Shown here: piece by piece, positions 19,556 to 28,149 of the stretch
Numbering within the stretch: position 1 is the first letter of the stretch
How the letters are laid out: the number at the start of each line of letters is the position of its first letter
Assembly (NCBI GenBank): GCA_011523305.1
Contig: WTHB01000164.1
Location: forward strand, 13,922 to 77,921
Direction of reading: 5' to 3'
DNA length: 64,000 nucleotides
Source of the DNA: Planctomycetaceae bacterium
GTDB lineage: Bacteria; Planctomycetota; Planctomycetia; Pirellulales; UBA1268
Position numbers and translations under genes: made by a program
Notes under the pieces: generated by a model
What the model saw: only the letters and a program-made list of their open reading frames with translations
Databases searched by the model: none
What the model was told of the DNA's origin: nothing

Positions 19556-20647
19556 TCAGCGAACGGAGGCGGTGGCGTTGATCAGGCTGGCATCGGCAAG
19601 CACGTCGGTCGCCGTGAAGGAGATTTCCACCTCGTCACCGGCAGCCAGGTCGATCGTCTTGGACTCAATCTGGTCGCGTCCGTCGACAGCGGTGACAACC
19701 CGGATCTCGTACTGCTGCCAGACGTCACCGGCGGCGAGATCAGTCGTCTCGAATGTCCGGGTCACGCCGCTGGAGCGGGTCGCATTGCCCGCCAGCCAAA
19801 CCTCGGCATCAGCCGGCACGTGCAAGGTCAGGGTCGTCATTGGGGCCTCCGGCAGGAACGAGACCTGGTGGAGTTCGCCAGCGGAGACGCTGACGGCGCG
19901 GGTCTCTTCAACCGACTTGCCGTTCTCGTCACTCACCATGGTGATCGTGTAGTCGTAGACTTCACCTTCAGTGAGCCCCCGGGACACAAAGCGACGCTCT
20001 GTGCCTGTGGCCTTGGTGGCGGCGCCATTGACCAGCACCGTGGCATCATTTGGGACGGAGACCAGCAGCAGCACGCCGTCTGCGGGAACGAACAGGGTCG
20101 AGGCATCAGCAGCCGGAGTCGGCGTTTCGATTTCCTCGCCAGAGTCGCCTGCCTTGTCGCCCACTGGTTCATCCGAGATCACCCGATAGGAATCGACGGG
20201 CATGCTGGAGCTCATCGTCGACATCCTCGAGTAGCCGACGCTAGCGGATGGCACGACGTAGCCATGCGAACCGTAGGAGCCACCTGAACTGCCACAACTC
20301 GAGCCATAGAAGGCCGAGTGACTGCCCCCGCTGCTGCCGTGGCTTGATCGGGCAGCCCGCCGGGCAGCCTTTCGCTCCCAGTGGGTCATGCGGTGCCCGC
20401 CAGAGCTGCTGCAGCCACCTGAGGACGAGCAGCCACCGGACGATGACGAGCCGCCTGAGGAGGACGAGCCACTGGCGACAACGTAGCCACCGGAAGAACT
20501 GCTGCCGCCAGACGAGCTGGAGCCACCGGATGAGCCGTAGGCAGCGGTGTAGCGATGGTGCCAGCCAGCCTGAACGTCAGTGGCGGCAACAGCCAACGCA
20601 CAAAAAGCGAAGAGTCCGAGCGGCCGGACGAAGCGGTGAACCAACAT
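19556..20647 (-). CDS. secreted protein with Gly/Ser/Cys low-complexity region and two tandem TIGR03000-type (Planctomycete) domains
   Basis: ATG at 20645-20647 gives the signal peptide MLVHRFVRPLGLFAFCALAVAATDVQA. Two ~75-aa modules are present: LLLVSVPNDATVLVNGAATKATGTERRFVS...YTITMV...VSVSAGELHQVSF and TLTLHVPADAEVWLAGNATRSSGVTRTFET...YEIRVV...IDLAAGDEVEISF. Confidence 0.85.
   Translation of the reverse strand: MLVHRFVRPLGLFAFCALAVAATDVQAGWHHRYTAAYGSSGGSSSSGGSSSSGGYVVASGSSSSGGSSSSGGCSSSGGCSSSGGHRMTHWERKAARRAARSSHGSSGGSHSAFYGSSCGSSGGSYGSHGYVVPSASVGYSRMSTMSSSMPVDSYRVISDEPVGDKAGDSGEEIETPTPAADASTLFVPADGVLLLVSVPNDATVLVNGAATKATGTERRFVSRGLTEGEVYDYTITMVSDENGKSVEETRAVSVSAGELHQVSFLPEAPMTTLTLHVPADAEVWLAGNATRSSGVTRTFETTDLAAGDVWQQYEIRVVTAVDGRDQIESKTIDLAAGDEVEISFTATDVLADASLINATASVR
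20255..20536 (-). repeat. in-frame imperfect 15-nt (SSSGG / CSSSGG) codon repeats inside the TIGR03000 gene
   Basis: Translation reads GSSGGSSSSGGSSSSGGYVVASGSSSSGGSSSSGGCSSSGGCSSSGG, then SSHGSSGGSHSAFYGSSCGSSGGSYGSHGY. The DNA shows the matching degenerate gcc-acc-gga/aga-gct periodicity. Confidence 0.8.
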
Positions 20648-20905
20648 GGTGGGGCAATCTCCACGAATCGGGTTGAAAAAAACGCCCTGCTTCGCCCCGC
20701 GAGGCCACGTCTCGGATCGAGGCGGCTGAGGGGCGAGTAGTGCGTGAACCACCATCATCTTATTTTGACGGCTGCGCAACGCAAGGAGGCTGGGTGGAAC
20801 GCGCAAAGTTTTCTGCCTGCGGGGGTTATCCCTTGTAAAGACAGCGGTCAGCAGGCCTGCCCCGGCGGAGCCGACTGGTGCCCGAAAAAACGCTTTTAGG
20901 CTGTT

Positions 20906-22234
20906 TTAGGGCGTATTTTGTCGCCGTGCTGACGGTGTGCGAGGCTCCGCAATGAGTTCGATCTGGTCGACTTCCATGCGACCGGTCGCCCCCATCAGGC
21001 CGATCTGAATGATGCCTTCCCGGGCCCAGAGGGGAACCGCCAGGCGGCCCGTTACCCGGTTCCAGGTGGCCAGCCCGGTCCAGGGGCCGACGACGCCGCG
21101 GACGGAGCGGCTGCGGTGCTGGTCAAAAAACCGCACGGCGACCCCGGGCTGCTCGTTCGGATGCTGCCCGCGGCCGAGGTCACTGCGTTTGAGGTCGAGG
21201 CTGACCGTCAGTGCCCCAACCTGCCGGCCGTCGACTGGAAACCCCTGAAAGATGTGCGCCGGCCGGCCCGGCTCACGGTTTTCAAGCAGGAGATGCCGGT
21301 TGCCTTCAGGGGAATCCGCTGCTTCCACCAGGCGTTCCTGTCTGCCGTAGTACCAGGCCGTCGGTGTTGTGCCGTCGGGGAGACAGGCTTCGAAGCCGGG
21401 GTTGCCAAGGGTGGGCTGGCTGCCGTCGGGCTGGATCTCCCGGGCGGCTTCAGCAACACCAGTCATCGGTACAAACAAACTGGGGACGAGGTCGGTTCGC
21501 TCGAGTTTCCCGTTGTGCTTCTGCAGCCGCACCAGGGTCTGTTCGTAGCGTTCGCCAACGGGAATGATCATCACGCCGCCGTCAGCGAGCTGGTCGATCA
21601 GCGGCTGAGGGATCGCCTCGGGTGAGCAGGTGACAATCACCTTGTCGAAGGGGGCCTTCTCTGGCCAGCCAGCAAAGCCATCACCAACCTTGTTGACAAT
21701 GTTCTTGTAGCCCAGGCGGCGCAGCGTGGCGGCAGCCCGGCGGCCGAGCGACTCGTGAATTTCAATGGAGTACACCATGCCGACCAGGGGGCTGAGCACA
21801 GCCGCTTGATAGCCACTGCCGGTGCCAATTTCGAGCACCCGATCAGTCGGTCGCGGGTTGAGCTGTTCCGTCATGTAGGCGACCACGAAGGGGCCCGAGA
21901 TCGTCTGTCGTTCACCGATCGGCAACGACATGTCAAAGTAGGCCAGTGGACGCTGCGCTGCCGCAACAAATTCATGCCGCAGGGTCAGCCGCATGCTCTC
22001 GAGCACCCGTGCGTCGGTGACGCCGCTGGCGGCGATATCTTCGCGGACCATCCGCTCGCGGGCTGCCGCATAGCGGTCAGTGGGGGCAGCCGTTGCCGTC
22101 TCGCTAGCAAGGACCGTTGTGATGAGGGACCACCCGATCAGGAGGAGCGTGGCGGGCCAGCGCCATCCTGAGGGGGCGTGGCGGGTGCCCGCGTCAGCAG
22201 CGTGGTGCCGGTTGTCTCCGTGGGCCCGTTGCAT
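20906..22234 (-). CDS. pcm: protein-L-isoaspartate O-methyltransferase domain with N-terminal TM anchor and C-terminal beta-sandwich-like domain
   Basis: ATG at 22232-22234 lies 3 nt after the ABC ATPase stop. Hydrophobic segment WRWPATLLLIGWSLITTVLA. Pcm blocks are PIGERQTISGPFVVAYM, VLEIGTGSGYQAAVLS and DKVIVTCSPEAIPQPLIDQLADGGVMIIPVG. About 170 extra C-terminal residues (GNPGFEACLPDG...RMEVDQIELI) are present. Confidence 0.85.
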   Translation of the reverse strand: MQRAHGDNRHHAADAGTRHAPSGWRWPATLLLIGWSLITTVLASETATAAPTDRYAAARERMVREDIAASGVTDARVLESMRLTLRHEFVAAAQRPLAYFDMSLPIGERQTISGPFVVAYMTEQLNPRPTDRVLEIGTGSGYQAAVLSPLVGMVYSIEIHESLGRRAAATLRRLGYKNIVNKVGDGFAGWPEKAPFDKVIVTCSPEAIPQPLIDQLADGGVMIIPVGERYEQTLVRLQKHNGKLERTDLVPSLFVPMTGVAEAAREIQPDGSQPTLGNPGFEACLPDGTTPTAWYYGRQERLVEAADSPEGNRHLLLENREPGRPAHIFQGFPVDGRQVGALTVSLDLKRSDLGRGQHPNEQPGVAVRFFDQHRSRSVRGVVGPWTGLATWNRVTGRLAVPLWAREGIIQIGLMGATGRMEVDQIELIAEPRTPSARRQNTP

Positions 22235-22237
22235 CGC

Positions 22238-23221
22238 TCAGTCCGCCGGCTGCTCGTCGAGTTTGCCCCAGCCCCGCCGGGCTCCATCAGGCTGCCGGCC
22301 GAGGGAGCCCTTGGTCAGTTCGAGGAAGGCCGTTTCGAGATTGATCTCTTCTTCCCGCATGCCCTTCAGCGGCACCCCTCCGGCAACCAGTCGGGCTGGC
22401 AGGGCTGAGGTGTCGGTGGTGCGATCGGCGAGTGTGGCTCGGACCACCCCGTCGCGGACGGTTGTTTCCGCGACGCCAGCACAGTCCTCCAAAAGTCGGG
22501 CGGCCTTTTCCGGGTCGCCCGCAACCTCCAGCAGAATCACGGGGCGGCCCCGCACCTGGGCCAACAGGTCACCGACCTCGCCAAAAGCGAGCAGCTGCCC
22601 GTACTCAATGATGCCGACCCGGTTACAGATGTCGGCCAACTCGGGCAGGATGTGACTGGAGACCAGGATGGTTTTGCCGAGGTCCTGAAGACGCTTCAGC
22701 AGGCCCCGCATTTCGATCCGGGCGCGTGGGTCGAGACCACTGGCCGGCTCGTCGAGCAGCAGCACCTGGGGGTCATGCAGCAGCACGCGGGCCAGGCCGA
22801 GTCGCTGGGTCATGCCGCGGGAAAGGCTGGTCACCAGTTCGTCCCGCTTGACGCCGAGATCAACCAGATCGAGCGACCGTTCGGCAACCTTGCGGCGGGC
22901 TGGGCCATCGATCCGGTAGGCGGCGGCAAAGAACTCAAGGTATTCGATGACCCGCATGTCGTCGTAGACGCCGAAGATGTCTGGCATGTAGCCAATCGCC
23001 CGCCGGATTTCACGGGGATGGGTGTAGATCGAGTGCCCGCAGATGTAGGCCTCACCCCACGAGGGAGACAGCAGGGTGGACAGTATCCGAATGGTGGTCG
23101 TCTTGCCCGCGCCGTTGGGGCCGATGAAGCCGAACAGATCTCCCTGCTCAAGTTTGAGGGTCAGCGATTCGAGCGCGAAGAAATCGCCATACTTCTTGGT
23201 CAGGTCGACGGTCTCAATCAT
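22238..23221 (-). CDS. ABC transporter ATP-binding protein (ABC-2/CcmA-like) with C-terminal extension
   Basis: ATG at 23219-23221 (MIETVDLTKKYGDFFAL). The 69 upstream codons are rejected. Walker A GPNGAGKTT, signature LSRGMTQRL, Walker B LLLDEPASGLD. Confidence 0.9.
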   Translation of the reverse strand: MIETVDLTKKYGDFFALESLTLKLEQGDLFGFIGPNGAGKTTTIRILSTLLSPSWGEAYICGHSIYTHPREIRRAIGYMPDIFGVYDDMRVIEYLEFFAAAYRIDGPARRKVAERSLDLVDLGVKRDELVTSLSRGMTQRLGLARVLLHDPQVLLLDEPASGLDPRARIEMRGLLKRLQDLGKTILVSSHILPELADICNRVGIIEYGQLLAFGEVGDLLAQVRGRPVILLEVAGDPEKAARLLEDCAGVAETTVRDGVVRATLADRTTDTSALPARLVAGGVPLKGMREEEINLETAFLELTKGSLGRQPDGARRGWGKLDEQPAD

Positions 23222-23255
23222 GGCAGCAACTTCAGGGAACGGTGGCAGGGAGGCA

Positions 23256-25460
23256 TCAGTCTCCAACCGGCAGAACGATCCGCCAGAGGGTGGTTGGTGC
23301 GGTCTGGTCGATGGACGTGTTGGCAGTCTGCTCGGCCGAGCGGAGATCCCAGTGGGTCGCCGCGGGGCCGCGGCCGATGAGGATTGCGCGGTCGAGTGAG
23401 AGCAGTCGGCTGAGGTCAAGGCGGGCAAGGCGCCCTGGTTTCAGGCCGGTGTATCCCGAGCCGCCGGCTGCGGCGTAGAGGCCAGCCACTTCAAGGATGC
23501 GGGCGACGTCTCGCGTGTCGGCATCCCAGCGGGCGGCGACGCTGCGGTCTTTGACAATCTGCCGGCGTGTCAGCGTTGCACTGAGCGAACGGGGGCCCCG
23601 GCCGGAGGAAACGTCGAACGATGCCTCTGGGGCGAGGCTGCCAACGTCATAGAGCCAGCCGCCATGCACCAGGACGCACTCTTCCAGAGACACCGACAGC
23701 CGGTTGGTGACGCCACCCCGCAGGGTGCCCTGCCCCGTGCGCTCGAGTGTGGAGTCGAGTGGGTCTGCCGCAAGGCTGCCGGTCCAGGTCGCCTCAAACA
23801 GCCGGCTCGAGGCTGCTGCCATCGGCATACCCGCAAGGCTCGCTGCCGTCCGGTCGTAGTGATACGGGCCGACGGCGAGCGATGGGTGTGGCGTGAGGGC
23901 GTCGGGGCCACCCAGGCTGCGGCCAGAGGCGGCAAGCCAGCTGACCGCCGAACGGACGCCAGTGGGTTCAGCTGGTGAAACCGGGCTGACGCCCAGGGAG
24001 ACCTGGCCGTTGGTGGCCGCCCAGATGCCGGCAAAACCGGCAGCCCGGCTGGAGCGGGTCGCCTGATCAAGGTCGATGACGCCAGCCGTGTGAGCCTGCC
24101 AGCCTCCTTGCTTGTACCGCTGGCCCGTCTGCCAGGCGATGCTGGTAAAGGCAAAGACGATCAGTGGCAGGGGCAGCCAGACCAGCCAACGCTGCCGGTG
24201 CAACCGTGTGGTCAGCCACCAGTCCAGTGGATAGAGGGCGGCAACGTAGAGCAGGCCCAGCAGGGCAATCAGTTCAAACGGGACCGCCGTGACCCCGGGG
24301 TACTGGTCGATGGCCAGCCGCAGTTGGCCGGCAAGATCGAATCCGCTCCGGCGAATTTCGGTGGCCCGTCCCCCTGCTAGATCGAGCCGGCTGGTGTCGA
24401 GCAGTTGCAGCAGGAGCGAGTCAGTGCCGGGCCATGATTGAAATGTTCGGGTGTCGAGGTCGAGGCCAATCCAGGTGATGCGACCGAAGCCATGGCTGCG
24501 GCGGACAACCAAGGGTGGGTCGTTGGCGGCCCCGCCCACGGCTGCCTCAACCACACCGCTGAGCCGGGGCTCTTCTGCCCAAACGGGGATGGTCAGCCCG
24601 TCAATCGCACCACGATCGAGGGGGCGGTTGGCTTTGGCATAGCTCTCGAGGGCAGCCGCCTGTCGCAGCGGTACGAGGCGACTGAACTGACCGGGAAGCC
24701 AGGTGGTCGCAACGGGGGAAGCCGCGAGGATTTCCGGCACGGACATGCCAGCGAGGAGCACCAGATCGCCACCATCACGAACCCACTGGTCGAGATCGGC
24801 GAGCTGTTGCTCACGTCCTCCAGCGGCAATCGCCCGTCCACAGACGATCGCTCGGTCAATGCAATCAAAGGTGAGGCCAGCTGGGCCTGCGGCGGCGGGC
24901 AGGGCGATCGCGGCGTCTGCGGACGGAAGCACGACCACCTGAGCGCGAGTGCCGTCCTCCTCAGCCGCCAGGCGGACGGCCCGTTCGGCGTTTTCGAGCG
25001 TGCCAATGACAAGCAGCAACTCTTGAGTCGATTCAACGGCATCCGGCAATGCAATCGTTTCGCGAAGCACGGCTGGCATCACTTCGGGTGGCAGGTCCTC
25101 CCCTGCCCCGGTGGCGTCACCGGTAAGCACAACAACCCGCAGGTCACCTCCGCGGCGGCCCAGTTTCACCAGCAAGCGGGCTGTCCAAGTCTCATCGGTG
25201 CCCGGCTGCGGACGCACCGCCGGTGACTGCAGCCATTCGCCGTCAGGGTCTTCCGCCTCGACCGCCACCAGCCGCGTTGGGGGCGCGGCGAGACTGGCCG
25301 GAAGCCGGATGGTCACCGGTGTCCAGAAGCCGGTTCGGGCCACCCCACCGACACCAACCTCGACGGCGAGGTCAGCCGGAGGAGTCCCTGTCGCAGCGGC
25401 CGGCAGGCAGCCGAGCAGGACGACAGCGAGAGTGAGCATGACGAGCCCGCGACTGCTCAT
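23256..25460 (-). CDS. hypothetical exported/membrane protein (735 aa)
   Basis: ATG at 25458-25460 overlaps the MazG stop (ATGA) and gives the signal-like MSSRGLVMLTLAVVLLGCLPAAATG. The Arg/His/Pro-rich 71 upstream codons overlap the MazG gene and are rejected. Two hydrophobic helices are present (VPFELIALLGLLYVAALYPL, WLVWLPLPLIVFAFTSIAW). No family recognised. Confidence 0.65.
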   Translation of the reverse strand: MSSRGLVMLTLAVVLLGCLPAAATGTPPADLAVEVGVGGVARTGFWTPVTIRLPASLAAPPTRLVAVEAEDPDGEWLQSPAVRPQPGTDETWTARLLVKLGRRGGDLRVVVLTGDATGAGEDLPPEVMPAVLRETIALPDAVESTQELLLVIGTLENAERAVRLAAEEDGTRAQVVVLPSADAAIALPAAAGPAGLTFDCIDRAIVCGRAIAAGGREQQLADLDQWVRDGGDLVLLAGMSVPEILAASPVATTWLPGQFSRLVPLRQAAALESYAKANRPLDRGAIDGLTIPVWAEEPRLSGVVEAAVGGAANDPPLVVRRSHGFGRITWIGLDLDTRTFQSWPGTDSLLLQLLDTSRLDLAGGRATEIRRSGFDLAGQLRLAIDQYPGVTAVPFELIALLGLLYVAALYPLDWWLTTRLHRQRWLVWLPLPLIVFAFTSIAWQTGQRYKQGGWQAHTAGVIDLDQATRSSRAAGFAGIWAATNGQVSLGVSPVSPAEPTGVRSAVSWLAASGRSLGGPDALTPHPSLAVGPYHYDRTAASLAGMPMAAASSRLFEATWTGSLAADPLDSTLERTGQGTLRGGVTNRLSVSLEECVLVHGGWLYDVGSLAPEASFDVSSGRGPRSLSATLTRRQIVKDRSVAARWDADTRDVARILEVAGLYAAAGGSGYTGLKPGRLARLDLSRLLSLDRAILIGRGPAATHWDLRSAEQTANTSIDQTAPTTLWRIVLPVGD

Positions 25461-25804
25461 GGTTTCTCCGCATCGGGGCAGATGCAGGCAACCTGCCCGC
25501 AGCCGGGGCAGCCGCCGCCATACTTGGTGGCGATTGCCGCATCGAGGTCGATGCCGGCGACGTTGGCGATGGTTGCCAACCAAGCCAGCACATCGGCGAA
25601 TTCGAGGGCCTGTTCTTCGGGCGTGCCGCTGCGGAGGGCGGTGGCCAGTTCCCCGATCTCCTCCGTCAGCCACATGAAGGTGCCCTCGACACCACGAGCG
25701 GCATCCTTGTCGTGGTACATGGTGCGAATGAGTTGCTGGAATTCGCTGAGCGTCATCGGCGTCGTGCCTGCGGGCCCGGAGGAGTCACGCAAAGTCCGAA
25801 TCAT
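25457..25804 (-). CDS. MazG-like nucleotide pyrophosphohydrolase domain protein with Cys-rich C-terminus
   Basis: EExxE/DxxD-type MazG helices are WLTEEIGELATAL and EFADVLAWLATIANVAGIDL. The C-terminal tail is KYGGGCPGCGQVACICPD. Confidence 0.82.
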   Translation of the reverse strand: MIRTLRDSSGPAGTTPMTLSEFQQLIRTMYHDKDAARGVEGTFMWLTEEIGELATALRSGTPEEQALEFADVLAWLATIANVAGIDLDAAIATKYGGGCPGCGQVACICPDAEKP

Positions 25805-26038
25805 ACCAAAGCTGTCGGTCTCTGCTCTCTGCTGGCAGCCACTCCGTCAGTTGTGGGGAGGCCTTTCGCCGGCCGTGACAAGGACTCTGGACGAGCGGCC
25901 GCCTGCCCGGCGGCGGAATGTTCTGGAGGCTGGAATTTGCCGAATCTCTGCTAGATTGGTCGATTCGGCCGTGTGGCGGCGGTTTCTGCCACAGGCGCGA
26001 GGCTTTGTTCGCTGCGGGACCGCGAGAGCGGATCGGTC

Positions 26039-27598
26039 ATGTCTGCCACCCAACCAGTTCGGATTTTTGACACCACGCTTCGTGACGGGGAGCAGTCTCC
26101 AGGCGCGAGCATGAACCTGACTGAGAAGATTGAGGTAGCTCACGCGCTGGCTCAACTGGGCGTCGACATCATTGAAGCGGGGTTCCCTATCGCCTCGCCG
26201 GGAGACTTTGAGTCGGTTCGTGAGATCGCCCAGGCTGTTCGTGAACCGATCATTTGCGGCCTGGCCCGCTGCAACGACCGTGACATCGACCGCGCCTGGG
26301 AGGCGTTGGCCGAGGCGGCCCGACCGCGGATTCATGTGTTCCTGGCGACCAGTGCCATCCACCGTGAGTTCAAACTGCGGATGGATGAGGATGAGGTGGT
26401 GCGGCGGGCTATCGCAGGCGTCGAGCGGGCCCGTGGTGCCTGCGAGGACATCGAGTTTTCTCCGGAAGATGCCGCCCGCACCGAAATCGATTTCCTGTGT
26501 CGCGTGGTTGAAGCGGTGATCAAGGCTGGCGCGACCACGGTGAACATCCCTGACACCGTTGGTTATGCGACTCCACGCCAGATGTTTGACTGTATTTCCG
26601 CCCTGCGGAATCGGGTGCCCAACATCGACAAGGCGGTGCTCAGCGTGCACTGTCACGACGACCTCGGCCTGGCGGTGGCCAACAGCCTGGCGGCGGTTGA
26701 GGCAGGTGCCGGGCAGGTGGAGTGCACGATCAACGGCATTGGCGAGCGGGCCGGCAACTGTTCGCTCGAAGAAGTGGTGATGGCGTTGCGAACTCGGGGC
26801 GATGCCTACGGCCGGCAGACCGGCATCGTGACTCAGCGGCTGGTGCCGACCAGCCGACTGGTCGCCAACATCACGGGCATCCAGGTGCCTCGCAACAAGG
26901 CGATTGTCGGCCGGAATGCCTTTGCCCATGAGGCGGGGATCCATCAGGACGGCATGCTGAAAGACCGCAGCACCTATGAGATCATGCGGCCAGAGGACGT
27001 CGGTCTGGAACGGACCGATCTGGTGCTCGGCAAGCACAGCGGTCGCGCCGCCTTGGCCGATCGGGCGGCAGCCTTGGGCTATCAGTTGTCGGGAGAGCAA
27101 CTGCAGACGGTCTTCGAGCAGTTCAAACTGCTGGCGGACCGGAAGAAAGAGATTTACGACGGTGACATCGCCGCGCTCTGCGAACAGCAGTTCTCCGTGC
27201 TGCCGGAACTGTTTGTGTTTGAGGGCTATTCGGTGACCTGCGAAAGCGGGACAGCCCCGACGGTGACCCTCCGAGTGCAGCAGGAGGGCACGAGTCAGTC
27301 GGTGACGATCACCGCCGGCGACGGTCCGATTGACGGGATCTTTCTGGCGATTGAAAAGCTGACAGGGATCACTACCGTCTGCCGCGACTTTCGTGTGCAG
27401 GCGGTCACGGTTGGCAAGGACGCCCAGGCAGAGGTGACGGTTGAACTCGAGGCGACAGCCGAGCGGTACCGGGGACAGTTGCACCGGGGCCGTGGTGTTT
27501 CGACCGATTCCCTCGAGGCGGCCGCCCGGGCCTTCCTGGCTGCGGTCAACCGCGTCGCCATGGGCAGTCAGCCGCGGCTGCATCCCCAGCGGCCCTGA
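26039..27598 (+). CDS. leuA: 2-isopropylmalate synthase
   Basis: ATG at 26039 ([25 protein letters not shown]). Also [23 protein letters not shown] and [11 protein letters not shown]. The C-terminal LeuA dimerisation/regulatory region is present. Confidence 0.95.
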   Translation: MSATQPVRIFDTTLRDGEQSPGASMNLTEKIEVAHALAQLGVDIIEAGFPIASPGDFESVREIAQAVREPIICGLARCNDRDIDRAWEALAEAARPRIHVFLATSAIHREFKLRMDEDEVVRRAIAGVERARGACEDIEFSPEDAARTEIDFLCRVVEAVIKAGATTVNIPDTVGYATPRQMFDCISALRNRVPNIDKAVLSVHCHDDLGLAVANSLAAVEAGAGQVECTINGIGERAGNCSLEEVVMALRTRGDAYGRQTGIVTQRLVPTSRLVANITGIQVPRNKAIVGRNAFAHEAGIHQDGMLKDRSTYEIMRPEDVGLERTDLVLGKHSGRAALADRAAALGYQLSGEQLQTVFEQFKLLADRKKEIYDGDIAALCEQQFSVLPELFVFEGYSVTCESGTAPTVTLRVQQEGTSQSVTITAGDGPIDGIFLAIEKLTGITTVCRDFRVQAVTVGKDAQAEVTVELEATAERYRGQLHRGRGVSTDSLEAAARAFLAAVNRVAMGSQPRLHPQRP

Positions 27599-27660
27599 GC
27601 ACGCGTGAAGCTGGCAAGTGAGTCTGAAGCATTGTGCTTCGCACCCAGAACATTGTTCGT

Positions 27661-27687
27661 CCACTGCACGCCAGCGGCGTGGAGTGG
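27661..27687. terminator. possible hairpin between convergent leuA and P-II genes (no U-tract)
   Basis: ccactgcacgcc / ggcgtggagtgg arms form about 11 bp with one G-G mismatch and a 3-nt loop. No flanking T-run, so function is uncertain. Confidence 0.3.
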
Positions 27688-27692
27688 ACCAA

Positions 27693-27723
27693 GCGTTCTC
27701 TGGCCATGGAGGGCAGAGAACGC
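27693..27723 (-). terminator. possible terminator hairpin just downstream of the P-II gene
   Basis: Perfect 10-bp stem gcgttctctg (27693-27702) / cagagaacgc (27714-27723) with an 11-nt loop. It starts 6 nt past the P-II stop (27730-27732). Only a weak T-rich tail follows on the minus strand. Confidence 0.4.
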
Positions 27724-27729
27724 GTAAAG

Positions 27730-28077
27730 CTAGATCGCTGCCGCCCCACGCTCACCAGTGCGGATGCGGACGCACTCATCCATAGGGAGGATAAAGACCT
27801 TCCCGTCTCCGATTTCTCCCTCGGGGCCCGAACGGCCAGCCTTGAGAATGGCGTCGATCGTCGGCTCGACGAATTCGTCATTCACGGCAATCTGCAGTTG
27901 CACCTTTCGCAGGAGGTTGACTGAAATCTCATGACCCCGAAAGGTTTCGGCGTGCCCGAGTTGGCGACCGAATCCTTGCACGTCAAGGATGGTGAGCCGA
28001 AAGACCTCAACCTCCGAAAGTGCCTGTTTGACCCGCTCAAGTTTGTCGGGCTGGATAATAGCAATGATCAGTTTCAC
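27730..28077 (-). CDS. glnB: P-II nitrogen regulatory protein
   Basis: Full-length colinear match to the P-II family: MKLIIAIIQPDKLERVKQAL, T-loop GFGRQLGHAETFRGHEISV, and C-terminal IGDGKVFILPMDECVRIRTGE. Confidence 0.93.
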   Translation of the reverse strand: MKLIIAIIQPDKLERVKQALSEVEVFRLTILDVQGFGRQLGHAETFRGHEISVNLLRKVQLQIAVNDEFVEPTIDAILKAGRSGPEGEIGDGKVFILPMDECVRIRTGERGAAAI

Positions 28078-28149
28078 TGGTTCCGCCTTTCCGCCTCTTC
28101 CGGATATGCGTGCTCCGGTCAGTTCTATTGATGATAGCTGAGTTGCATC

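Noticed and set aside
20255-20536. Short periodic DNA repeats considered as a CRISPR array or satellite
   Set aside because: The period is about 15 nt with no unique spacers. The tract is in frame inside a coding gene and translates to SSSGG-type low complexity. No cas genes are present.
23256-25673. Full 805-aa version of the membrane-protein ORF
   Set aside because: The first 71 codons are Arg/His/Pro-rich and overlap the MazG-like gene in another frame. The ATG at 25460 gives a proper signal peptide and an ATGA coupling junction.
25847-27664. 605-aa ORF on the minus strand covering the whole leuA region
   Set aside because: It is antisense to an unambiguous leuA gene. Its translation is Arg/Gly/His/Leu-rich with no recognisable motifs. 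Long stop-free antisense frames are expected at this GC content.
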